64,000 nt of DNA. Source: Rhodosorus marinus CCMP1338. Its lineage: Eukaryota > Plantae > Rhodophyta. The DNA lies in assembly GCA_029953675.1 (NCBI GenBank), contig JAMWBK010000001.1, positions 3,534,001 through 3,598,000 on the forward strand, written 5' to 3'. A model generated the notes under the pieces. It was not told the DNA's origin. It did no database searches and worked only from the letters and a program-made list of their open reading frames with translations. Positions 34,821 through 45,871 of this stretch are shown piece by piece (positions within the stretch are counted from its first letter, which is position 1; each line of letters starts with the position of its first letter). Both the position numbers and the translations under genes were made by a program.

Positions 34821-35291
34821 GGGGGGGAGAGACCGGTCAAGGCTGTTCGCGGAGCAAATCTCCCGAAGCCAGCGAGAACCAACGGAATCCATAAACCCAC
34901 AACACTCAATAACCGGGGGATTGTTTTTGGAGTTTGGTCTACCTCTCCATAGCCTTCATTCGGCAGCTACCTGAATGAATTTGCTCACCTACCGCAGAGC
35001 AACTAATGTCACTCAAGGGGAGAGACGTTGTTGAAGGGCGTCCGCGGAACAAATGACGAAGCCAAGCCAACTAGAACCAGCGGAATCCATAAACCCAACA
35101 CGTTCAATAACAAGAGGATTGATATGGAAGTATGGTCTACCTCTCCCGCGGGGGGGAGGGGGGAAGAGACAGACAGTCAAAGGTGTTCGCGAAACGACTC
35201 TCCCGAAGCCAGCGAGAACCAACTGAACCCATGAACCCATAAAGCACTCAATAACTAGAGGATTGTTTATGGAGGTTGGGTCCACCTCTCC
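34821..35291 (+). repeat. Three diverged ~125-140-bp direct repeats
   Basis: Units at ~34821-34948, 35017-35146 and ~35150-35291. Each runs GGGG(A)AGAGAC..GAAGCCA..GAACCA..CCATAAA..TCAATAAC..GGATTG..GGTC(T/C)ACCTCTCC. Confidence 0.85.
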
Positions 35292-35656
35292 CTCCCCACC
35301 CACACCAACCTCCCTTATTCCCCTTGCAAGGAGTCGCGGGAAATATTTCATGCGGACGCCATTTTTGTTTATGGTGACAATAAAGCTGAGCATAGTACAA
35401 GTTTCCTTTTTTTCCCAGGACTTAGAATTTGCCTCCTTACCCGCGCTCCCTCCACCTGTAAGGACTATGATCTCATTCCGTTGTCAGTCGGGCAAGGCCC
35501 AAAAGGCGTCTCGGGACTTTTTAAACAGAAATTCAATCTTGAGGTAATCGGGTTTGAGACAGGCTGTCCTATACTCACCTGAATTTGTTTGGAGCCGGTC
35601 CCACACCACCCGGGCGGAGGTAAGTACATGACATATCTATGCGGTAGAGCTGCTTT

Positions 35657-36007
35657 TCAAAACTTCAGTTGGGGTTGGGGACTGTGGGATGCCAGGCTTT
35701 TCAACCCCAGCCGCTGCAACCACCGAGATGCCGTTCCTTCCAAGAGCTTCCTCAGTGCAATAGTTGAGGTTCTGTCCATGTCTAGGATTTTGCGCTGGGC
35801 ATACGAGGAAAGCCGTGGAACCGATGCAAACTGGTGTGCGCGAACGGAGGTTAGTTCCTCTCTTTTTTGAAGGCGCAGGATATAGCAGATTCTTCCGGTT
35901 CGGTCTCCCTTTGCGGAGCGACCAAGCAGGTCTCGATAGCCTGCCTCGCTAAGCGTTCTTTGATCCTCTGCTTTTGCCGGAAAGGTTTGAACCTCTGGCG
36001 TTCTCAT
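35657..36007 (-). pseudogene. Possible degenerate retrotransposon gag fragment
   Basis: LRKLLEGTASRWLQRL resembles the gag L.G.A..W motif; otherwise unsupported. Confidence 0.25.
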
Positions 36008-37107
36008 GCTTGTTGGACGCGCGCCGCCAGCTGCTGCTTCAACCCTCTGACCGTCGCTCCGCTCTGAATAGCTTGACAGGGGTTTAACGGATAAGCGACA
36101 GATAATTCGGTGAGTCCCAGCGCGAAGGGTATGTGAACGGGTAGCCTTAGCCTTTCGATATCCTTAGTATCAAATTGTCTTCTTCATCCTCACCCATTTC
36201 TGCTTGATAAACTCTGTTCCAACAGTTGGTGGATTCCTAGCAGTTTTAGCCTTCAGCTAAAAAAAAGGGAGGAAGAAAGGAAAGCATATGAGGATGCCAA
36301 CTTTCAACAGGTTATGAGCCCATATACTCTAGTTGTGAACTAGGCACCTCGTACTCGACCAGTGCAAATAGCTTGAGCTACGAGTAGGGTTGTCATAAAC
36401 TGTCCGATAAATTTTCAACTCGGGAAAATGTTGCAAAACAGTAGAAATTTATCGGGTATCTTATTGAAGCTCTTAAAAGGCAGAGGTCCAATGACTGTGT
36501 AGTCCGCTTTGAACACTATCATTTAGTGAATGAATAATGATTACTTCTGAAATCGACAGGCTGTCATAACCTTGGCTGTAATTGTGAGGTCTCAGCCTTC
36601 CAACCTTCCGGCAATATCCGGCTGAGCTAGATTATGCTCGGGCTTTGCCAGAATCTATGGAGGTATATCACTTAATTTTAGTCTCGGCGGTATTGCACAT
36701 CCCGATGAAGTAAGGGTATATCCGATAAATACGATGGAATCCACGATACTTTTATTGGATCTTTTCGTCTAACTAACCCCAGCACAAAGAGTTGCTTGAC
36801 AAGTCCAAAAAAATTTTCCCCCTGACCCCTCTTTATTAGGCCCTATCATATTCTACTCCGTCCTAGCCTATTTATACCCTCAGACTAGGCCTCTACATAT
36901 CTCTCATCTAGACACAGTGCTATTTTTGGTAGCCATGTATGTTCTATTTTTGGTGTCGCAGTTGGCTACAGTTACGCCTTGGACTCGCCTCGCCTGACAT
37001 CTCCCTGGCTTACTCCATTGTCAGCCAGGCCCTGATGGTGTCGTTCTGTCCGGCTACAACAGTTCGCCAACACTTTCGAGCTTCGCTTGAAGGTGTTGAA
37101 ATTTTGA

Positions 37108-37896
37108 GAGTGTTGTAGAACATGACGTGCGTCTGAAGGATTTCGCGCTACCGTCAGTGTTCACCGGGGATCAGGATTCGTTCCGATCCTTCCGGAATTG
37201 GAGACACCAGGTAGAGTGCTACCTGACCGTCAAAGGTCTCAGGGATGTAATCGACAACCCGATAGACGCGACGGAAGCGGAGAGACAGTATGTCTCTGCG
37301 GTGTTCTCCAGAGTGCTGGATGGGCCGGCGCTGGACACAGCCTTTGCCTCTTCGAGAGAGGCAGCGCCAGAGCAGGTATGGGCGGCGCTTCGGGCTAGAT
37401 ATGAGCCCTCCTCCCGCGAGACGGCTGACAGCGTATGGGGCAAGGTGTATCGGCGCGAGATGCACACCAACGAGTCGCCACGGTCTCTGGTGAACTGGCT
37501 ACAAACCCAGTTTGCAGAGATCGTGGCGACTCGTTGGTGTGCATCTCGCGCCGATACACCTTGCCCCATACGCTGTCAGCCGTCTCGCGGGAGGAGGGCT
37601 CATATCTAGCCCGAAGCGCCGCCCATACCTGCTCTGGCGCTGCCTCTCTCGAAGAGGCAAAGGCTGTGTCCAGCGCCGGCCCATCCAGCACTCTGGAGAA
37701 CACCGCAGAGACATACTGTCTCTCCGCTTCCGTCGCGTCTATCGGGTTGTCGATTACATCCCTGAGACCTTTGACGGTCAGGTAGCACTCTACCTGGTGT
37801 CTCCAATTCCGGAAGGATCGGAACGAATCCTGATCCCCGGTGAACACTGACGGTAGCGCGAAATCCTTCAGACGCACGTCATGTTCTACAACACTC
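37108..37896. repeat. 375-bp inverted repeat (37108-37482 / 37522-37896), 39-nt spacer
   Basis: Mirror-image ORFs with identical translations (37198..37398+ and 37606..37806-); coordinate sums are symmetric (75004). Confidence 0.95.
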
Positions 37897-37916
37897 CCCC
37901 TCGTCCTCGCCGCCAT
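37522..37916 (-). pseudogene. Truncated copia gag (ATG at 37916)
   Basis: MAARTRG..PSVFTGD..FRNWRHQVECYL..KGL.DVI..VWAALRARYEPSS..M..NES, matching the Retrotran_gag_2 pattern. Confidence 0.8.
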
Positions 37917-37984
37917 CCTAAGGCAACACCACGCACAATCCCTAATACCCGTAAAAACGCACCCAGCAGTTCTTACAAAATCGC

Positions 37985-38001
37985 ACCAAGCGATGAGACC
38001 A
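37985..38001 (-). other. Putative primer-binding site TGGTCTCATCGCTTGG
   Basis: TGG start directly after the LTR-terminal ..TTTCAACA; cognate tRNA not identified. Confidence 0.6.
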
Positions 38002-38305
38002 TGTTGAAATTTTCCAGGATTCCCAACCTTGACCAAAGTCCCGTCAGCCAGACTTCGATGCTTTCTTTATTGGTTTCCCTGACCCTTCCTTGTGTTCGAT
38101 ATCTACCACTTAAGTATCCTACTATACTGTGGGGAAGATCGATACCTTGTACTGTTCAAACTACTTCAAATGTTTGAACCTCTATATGGTTTGTCTACCG
38201 TATACTGTTCGCACATCGGTCCTACCGTATATGTGACCGTGTGTGAATCATCCTTTTAGATGCTGAGAGCGTATCGTCACCGTTCATCGCGTGACCGTTT
38301 CAACA
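38002..38305 (-). repeat. 304-bp LTR
   Basis: TGTTGAAA...TTTCAACA inverted termini, TACTTAAG TATA-like motif, AATAAA. Confidence 0.8.
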
Positions 38306-39185
38306 GAAGGTAGAGAAGAAAACAAGTAAGGAAGAAGAACCAGAGTTAGAAAAGGAAAGTTAGTTTTGGGATAAACTACCTAATTAGGGAGTAATTAGGA
38401 GGAAGCAAACCTTGAATTCTGGAATAATTGAGGCCGTGCTACCGGTGGAGAGCCAGGGTTTGCTAATAGTATTATCGGCCGAAATATTTCTTAATTATTT
38501 TCTATCCCAGTCTACTAAGTTTATATCGGACGGAAATCCTCAGCAAGTGGGGTCAATTGTTTCCGAATGGGGGTCCGACAAACGTTTATCGGACGCAATC
38601 GAACGATTAATTTTTTTTATCGGATGGACATGATAGCCCTAGTTAGAGCCAGTAATTCTATATCTAGTACTGACTAATCAAAAGGACGCGAAGTGTGAGG
38701 GTGGAATTCTTGTTTAGGGGGTAAACTTTAAGGTTTTGAGCCGTTTTCACTTCGCTGTGTGTTTCGCGCTCCTGATCGAGGCTGAGCACGTCGGTGTGAC
38801 TACTGATAGCACCTAAGGAAGTGCTGGATATTGTCGCTACAATAGTAAGAGAACTCTGGAGTGCACGGTTGGATAATGTCCAGCGCTTTTGCCTGATATA
38901 GAATGCCCGATTGGAACTCAAGAGTGTCAAGTGAGGACAAATGTGTGTGCAAGTCCAAGAGAATACGCAAACGGTCATTAAGCTTAAGGATAGCGATAGA
39001 TCTACTGGTGTTAGAAGCAGATCTTCCCCACAGAAAGGATCAGGGATATTAGTGAGCTACAGGGTTTAGAGTTCACTGGGAAGTAGAAGATAGAACAAGG
39101 CATAAGAGGGAATACAATAAAAGCACGGGTTTACTTGGGTTTGGATTAAGGCCAAACCCAAGTAAATTTTATGAAGACCAGTTTG

Positions 39186-39995
39186 TTCAGAGCCTATCTA
39201 CCCTGAGGAGGTGAAAAGGAGACGCTGATGACGCGCGGCCAAGAAAAGAGCATCATTCGGACGACAGCGAGCCAGAGAGCCAAATACAGCTCCGTGAAGA
39301 AGCTGTCAATACGGCCGAGGGCATGGCGAAAAACACGACGAATCCAGCGAGAAGCAACACAGCCTAAAAAGCCAAAGCACTCCATGATCAGTAGTGCAAA
39401 CTGATGAGACAGAGCCGAGTCCCAAGGGTTGGATGAGTCATCGCCTCATCGTACTATGCTTCAGCTGTCGATTGAACCAGCGGCGGCACCACGACGTTGT
39501 GCAGACGTAGGAAGATATCGCGCAGCCTGGGGACAAGGAATAGACTAGTCAAGATACTCACTCCTGCGAGCAGCCAAGTCAGTGACCACCAAATAGCGCC
39601 TCGCACAGGACAACAAGTGTCTCGTAAATGAGCTTCACGGACCTGAAATACAGGCAAAGGGACCTCGTAGTCCACCTAGCGATCAGTATCAAGCGCCTGC
39701 GACCGTAGATATCGAAATAAAAGCCGGTTTATACGCGCTTGGCGACGCGTACGGGCCGACACGCCTTGCCGCCCCGCAAAGGTTTTACCCCCGCGTCTAA
39801 TTTGGATTCCCCTTGGCATAGAGTCAGTGGGGGTTCATCCCCAAGGTCTTTGTCATTGAAGACCTTTTAGGGTGGTCATATCTTGCTCTAGGTCAAATAC
39901 CTTTGTTCGTAGGATTTTGAGAGATGAAGATCTACGGATAAAAAAGGCTACGGAAAGAATACCCGCAACCATATGTCCCAACCATGTCCCATCCA
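39186..39995 (+). mobile_element. Composite repeat carrying dispersed repeats A (39186-39441) and B (39781-39935) plus TGTCCCA subterminal repeats
   Basis: Matches to 26904-27157 and 17400-17557; TGTCCCA repeats follow block B at both loci. Confidence 0.55.
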
Positions 39996-41334
39996 AAAAA
40001 GAGCATCGGGATGGGACGTCAGACATTAACTTCCAATCCAATCAATATAAAAATTAGACCGTCAAGCTTCTCCCCTAGTCCACGAACAAGTAAATTGATA
40101 TGATGAGAATTAATTTTATAAATTCAATTTGTATATCTCATATCATCCGTATCTTCATCCCCTCAGGAAAAATCTGGTTTCAAGTTAAAGTAGATTGACC
40201 TCCACCACCTAAAAAAAAAAAAATTAGTTTTGGAAAAATGAGATCCATCATGGCGTCTAATGCCGCGCACCCGCTCCCCCCCCCCCTTTTTTGCAAACCC
40301 GAATCAGATAATCCAATCTAAGCTTCCACCCGTCTATACCCTCCTTAAATCCTACACCAAAAACCAGAAAAAGTGCGCATGAAAGATAATATATTCACAT
40401 ATCTTGAACAGTGCATACCTCCCCTATACAAAATCAGAAGTCCCCGGACCACTGATTTTCAGCCCGCCCTTTACCTTGTCCCGTCTCTACCGTATCTACA
40501 AATACAAATTATCGTAAAAACAAGAACAAAATGTATTCAAGTACAAAAAAGCGCTCACAAAGATCCATTTTCTCTCAAAATGTCTATCGCAACTTGTTAG
40601 AAACGGAGTCCAACAGAATTAGAAACTACAGGAAATTAGGGGAGGGGGTGAAGGCGGGGTTGAGGCCCCTACAAAACTATCCAAGTTTACAAAGGGTATA
40701 ATGAAGAACAAAACATATCCAAAAGTCTAAATAAACAACCAAAAGATAATATTTAAAATTACTAAAGGGGTAACAAATACCGTACTGTTGGGCTGAATGG
40801 AGATTTAGAATTTAGAAACTGAGGGGGGTTAGAAAGTTGGTGTTTCGTTTTGGACGTGAAAGGGATGGTGGGTTTCGAGCAGGTTGGGGAGTCTCATGAG
40901 GAGGGGATGAGAAAGAGTGAGGATTTGTCCTTTTCGAACAGCTCGGGGAGGGAGGAATGAGAGATAGGATTGAGACGGTTTTTGGGGGGAGGAAAGGGAC
41001 AATATATAAAATGGACGTTTTGGGAAGGGTGTAATAAGAGGGTGGGGGGGGGGGATGGGAGCGGGGCCGGAATGGGGCAGAGGCCTTTGCTGGGGATGTG
41101 CTTAGGAATGCTGAAGGGGCTTGGTGACATTGGGATTCTGATGCCGTGATGTAGATGTTTTTGTTTTGGGGTGGGGGAAGTGTTGGTATTTTGAACAGGA
41201 TGGAGGTATTGTATTTAGTCGGTTTTGGGTTTTGAAGAGCGGTTTTATTCCGGTGTTTAGTTTTCGTGTTTTGGTTTTTTTTTTGGGAGGGCGGGGGGGG
41301 CCGGGAGGTTTTTTGTTGGTATTTTTTGGCCGCA

Positions 41335-44300
41335 ATGTCGAACGGGGATCGAGGTGTTGAGAATGTCGCATGGGGGCTCGGGTCTATGAACATAGCGGAG
41401 AACGGAGGGAATGAAAAGCCCGTAGATCCCATAGCGCCGAACGTAGCGGCGAGTTTGTTGTACAGAGGCGGGGCGGTCGAGGATGATGGACCGCTTACTC
41501 GCTCAAACTCCGCTCCACCTACCCTTTTCGATGCGTTGGAGGATTTTCACTCGGAGGATCATGATCATAAGGGGATTGAGTCGGTTCTGGAAAACGCTTT
41601 TGACAGCGAACAAGATCCGCAACATCGTGTTCATCGTCCAGCTCTGTTCGAGGACTACGGCTTTGGACCCAAGGGACGAGCCCCTTCTCCCCCGCTTCAC
41701 GGGACAGGGGTTCCAAGTCAGCTTGGCAGCGCCAAGCCCACCAGCTACTTGATGGCATCTAAGAAAAACTTGGCCTCGTCTACAGGGGCCCCGAGCCCAA
41801 AGTCGTCGCCAAGGATGGCGCCGAACCCGCCACAGCCCGTAGTTGGAACTCCGGCAGCTTCGGAGAGGGACAGCTGGAACGCTCGAATTGCTGAGGTTTC
41901 CGAAGTTTCTGTTGGTTCGGGTGTTTCGCCGTGGTCCAAAGCTGGAGTTGACCGGCTCAATCCGGGCTACGAGTTCCAGGCATCTCCTCCCGCCGCAAAT
42001 ACTGTACCAGCCCTGGAGACCCAGCCTGCTGGAGCAAGTTCGCCGAGGGTCCCGCACATGCATTCGTTCGACGTGCCGAATGACGACAACGAATCAACGG
42101 GGGGTATTTGGGGGCCAATGGGAGGAGGGCCCTCGTCACCAGCAATTTCAGCGTCGCCACATTTGGCTCCATCGAAGAGGACGCAGTCGCTGCGACATAT
42201 TGCTGCACCTGCGTCACCAATATTACCGCCCCGAAATCGTGCACCATCCCCAATGTCGTCGCAGATGTTCGTGCCAGGGCAAGGTAGCGGCCAGGGGAAT
42301 ATCGGAAGCTCTCAGCAGGTGCCGCTCTCGTTTGCGGAGCATATTCAGCAGAAGCACCAACAGCAGCAACACCAGCACCAGCAACCACCCCACAAGGTTC
42401 ATCAGCCTCAACCGAGAGCTTTCCAACAAGCGCAGCAATCGCACAAGCTACAGCAGCCCCAGCCAAGGACTCTGCAGCAGCAGCAACAGCAGATGCGCCA
42501 GCGTCAACCGTCACCTGTGCAGCTACAGCCGCGGGTCCAGGGTTCAATGCAGGCTGTCGGCAGCGTACCCTCTCCGTCACCATCTCCACCACCGGCGCCT
42601 GCCGGAACCCCACAACCGAACGGGGCAGCACAGTATATAGAGACGCCTAAAATGGGTTCTATGGAGTTGAACATGTTCTCTTCGTCGGGCATGGCCCCAC
42701 CAGTGTTGCCGTATCAAGCTGAGAACGACTTTTCGAAACTCGGCGAGTACTACCCGGACGGCGGCACGGCAGGTTCCGGAATGCCAGCAGCCGTAGCTCA
42801 GCAAGCCCAGCGGGGCATGTTCCTTGGTTCCGATATGTCGCTTGTTGGTGGCGGAGGAGGACTGCCAGGGAGCACCGGAGCATCCTCGCAGTTTCCACTT
42901 GGAACGAATTCTCCCGCTGCAAACAACATGCTTTTCCAGGGAGGGGTGCTCGGTGGGCCCAATGCGCCGAGTTTGGGCGCCATGGATGAGGGTGCTACTG
43001 CGGATTTCAAGAACATTAGCTTGCAGATGCAGATGGCGGCGTTAATCAACGTACAGCAGATGTACGCAGCGCAAATGGCGCAGATGGCGAGTATGGCGAA
43101 CCCGTCCAATCCGAACGTGAACCCTGCGGCTCTAAACGGCGCGTTTCCGGGCATGAAGAACCCGCTTACAATGCCCCAGATGCAAGAGTACGACGAGCGA
43201 GAGCTCGAAGGCATGGGCGATCGGAGGGGGGTGCCGTACGGCAGCCCTGGTATTCAGGGTCTCGACCGGCAGAGGAAGAAGATGGGAGAGCCACCCGTCG
43301 GGTCACCAATCAATCGCAGATTGCAACGAGGACGCCGCGGAGGACGTCAGGATGACTATCTCGGGTACGGGGATCGGAGAGCAGGTAACGTAGGGATCAT
43401 CGGCGTCCCTGAAACGATCCAAAGTAGATCACCACTTCTCGAAACGTTCCGGGCTACGTCGGCCTCGGTCGGGAGGTCAGCAGGTGCTGCTGACGCGGGT
43501 AGCGGGATGCTTCCGATGAACTCGGGCATTGGCCCCAGGGAATGGCACCTCGGCGAGCTCAAGGGCCACGTCGTGGAGTTTGCGACGGATCAACACGGCA
43601 GTCGATTCATTCAGCAGCAGCTTGAGGTTGCATCGCAGGAGGAAGTACAGATAGTATTGACAGAGACATTGGAAGACGTGCAGATACTGATGATGGACGT
43701 GTTCGGCAACTACGTCGTGCAGAAATTGCTAGAGTACGGAGGGAAGCAAGCTGTGCAGTTAATCGCAGCGGAATTGAGCGGGCGGATGCTGACCCTCTCC
43801 CTACATATGTATGGTTGTCGGGTGGTGCAAAAGGTCTTGGAGGTCTTGGACAACGATGCCCGTGGGAGCCTCGTGCGTGAGCTCGACTCACATATCTTGA
43901 AGTGTATTCATGATCAGAACGGGAACCACGTCATCCAGAAATGTGTCCAGCTCGTCGACCCTGCTGGGATGCAGTTTATTGTTGACGCTGTCATCGCTCA
44001 AGCGGTAGGCGATGAAATGGAAAAATAGAGGTTACACTGTTCCCCATGCGAAGCGGTTGTATCTGACACTTGTCTGTTCTCCTGTCGTTTTCTTGTTCTT
44101 CCCCAATGCGGACAGGTCACATTGGCTGAACATTCTTACGGATGTCGGGTAGTCCAGCGCATTCTCGAGCACGGGGCGCAGGAACAGAAGGAGCCGATTA
44201 TGAAGGAGATTATGAGAAGCATTGAGCACCTGATTAACGATCAGTACGGGAATTATGTCATTCAGCACGTGGTTGAGCACGGGACACAGTACGAGCGCGA

Positions 44301-44631
44301 CGTGATCATCGATATTGCGCGAAAGAACATTTACGTACTGTCCCAGCATAAATTTGCGTCGAACGTGGTTGAGAGGTGCCTGCAGCATGGTTCCATCGAA
44401 CAACGACGCGAGCTTATAGAGATGTTTATTGTTGGGCCTGAGGGGCCACCAAACCCAAGCCCTCTGGGCTCGCTTGTTCGCGACCAATATGGCAACTACG
44501 TCGTCCAAAGGATTCTGGACATTGCGGAGCCCGGGCAGAGGATGAGGGTGGTGGACATCCTCCGTGACCAAGTTTCGGCTATCAAAAAGTATTCATATGG
44601 AAAGCACATTGTTGCACGACTGGAGCATTGA
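41335..44631 (+). CDS. PUM: Pumilio/PUF RNA-binding protein with 8 PUF repeats and a long low-complexity N-terminus, 2 exons
   Basis: LTRSNSAPPT motif, Gln-rich region, repeats QHGSRFIQ, FGNYVVQ, YGCRVVQ, NGNHVIQ | YGCRVVQ, YGNYVIQ, FASNVVE, YGNYVVQ, and YSYGKHIVARLE. Intron 44005-44115. Confidence 0.95.
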
Positions 44632-45871
44632 ACAGATGAGAATGTAATTTTGGGCAAAAGAATGCCCCGCTGAGGAGGCCGACGCGGACTACGAGAAGCC
44701 GTTTATTGAAAAAGTGTGTTTCAGAATTTGCAGGAATCGGCGATTTCGTAAAAGCTCTTGTCTGGCGAAGTGTGACTTCATGGCGGTGTTGAACAGTAGT
44801 ACAGTTTTGCGGAAGCTGAAGGCTGTGTTTTTTTCTTTTTCGGTTTCTGCCGCAAGGAGAGTGTGAGTGGATGAGAGGTATCGCGGACCACATACGGGGA
44901 CGGGTGCGGTGGCGTGAGCATTGCGTACTCGCAAGTGTTCCGCGCGGACGCTCCGTACTGGATGTGTGGGTTGGTCGATGATGCGTTCACCCGCGCTCTG
45001 CACACGACGAGGTGCATGGCTGCGTGGGCAAGTTCCTTTTTACATACTTGCAAAGTATTTGTCTGCCAATTTTCACATGCATAGACCTGTTCAAAGTTTA
45101 GAAGCGAGCGATCATAAATCTAGTTTTTTTCAAGTGGCCGTCCTATCCGGCAAAGTGTTCGCGGCCGGTCAGCCAGTCTTGAAGTTCCCCCCAAAATCCG
45201 CCCTCTGAACGCCCTACCTCATGTACCGGACGAGAGCGGACACATGCGGACCATCCGTCGAGATCACAATAATTTCATCCGCCGAGCCCATCAGCTCCAA
45301 CTTCCAGCTTCCCCTGGGCATCAACCACATCCCAGAATGCGAACAGCGTCGGTGGGTTTTCATGTACCCCTGTCCCTAGCTCTTCGGCAGAGCTCGGTTT
45401 GACTTTGTCAGGACAACACCCACCTCTCCCACCTCTGATGCTGTACCTGAGCAGAGTCAGCATATCGTTCACCCCGTCCATACCCTCTAGGTGTTCATCC
45501 AATCCACAAGGCCCTCTTCGCAGCGAGAGGGATGATGTTCACCAGTCCACCCTCCTCAAGAGAGCCAACCAGTACGGCCTCGGCTTCTCTTCAGCAGGAA
45601 GAAAAAATTAAGGTTTGGCTTTAAGGACGCTCTTCTGGTTCTACTGGAAAGGTTAACAATACCTGTTGGTATTTTCCTACGACTCACGAAAGTGTATGAC
45701 TAGTTGCAACAGACAAGCACGGCTAGCGGCAGCCTAAACCGGCTGCCACTCACGCATTGCACGAGGGGGCTGTCGTTGGCTAGAGAATGCGTACTACATC
45801 CTCTTTTGAGTTTGATAACTCAAAAGAGTGCGAAATATTTTTGCATTGACGTTGGGCTTAAGCGAAGGATA

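Larger units (their letters stand above)
37094..38305 (-). mobile_element. Aberrant Ty1/copia derivative: LTR-PBS-truncated gag-foldback copy-12-bp LTR end, flanked by a GAAGG TSD
   Basis: GAAGG at 37089-37093 and 38306-38310. Both ends are TG..CA (TGTTGAAA/TTTCAACA). Copia-type gag. Confidence 0.85.
36385..38641. mobile_element. Non-autonomous hAT-like DNA element hosting the nested copia derivative
   Basis: Left end TAGGGTTGTCAT (36385), right end ATGATAGCCCTA (38630-38641), oriented GTCCGATA/TATCGGAC clusters near both ends. No exact 8-bp TSD. Confidence 0.5.

Noticed and set aside
34821-35291. CRISPR-like array (also considered for 13707-13960)
   Set aside because: Units are long or alternate in orientation, are diverged and lack unique spacers. 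No cas genes are present and the context is eukaryotic.
35571-35582. ATACTCACCTG resembling the U1 snRNA 5' end
   Set aside because: No downstream U1 stem-loops or Sm site; equally readable as a minus-strand splice donor.
37891-37903. GAGGGGGAG-TGTTG (minus strand) read as a polypurine tract plus 3' LTR start
   Set aside because: It lies inside the gag ORF (codons TRGSVV) just after the ATG. The real LTR is 38002-38305, defined by the PBS and TSD.
41483-43891. Many 60-265-aa ORFs overlapping the Pumilio gene
   Set aside because: Shadow or antisense frames of a GC-rich CDS with no motifs.
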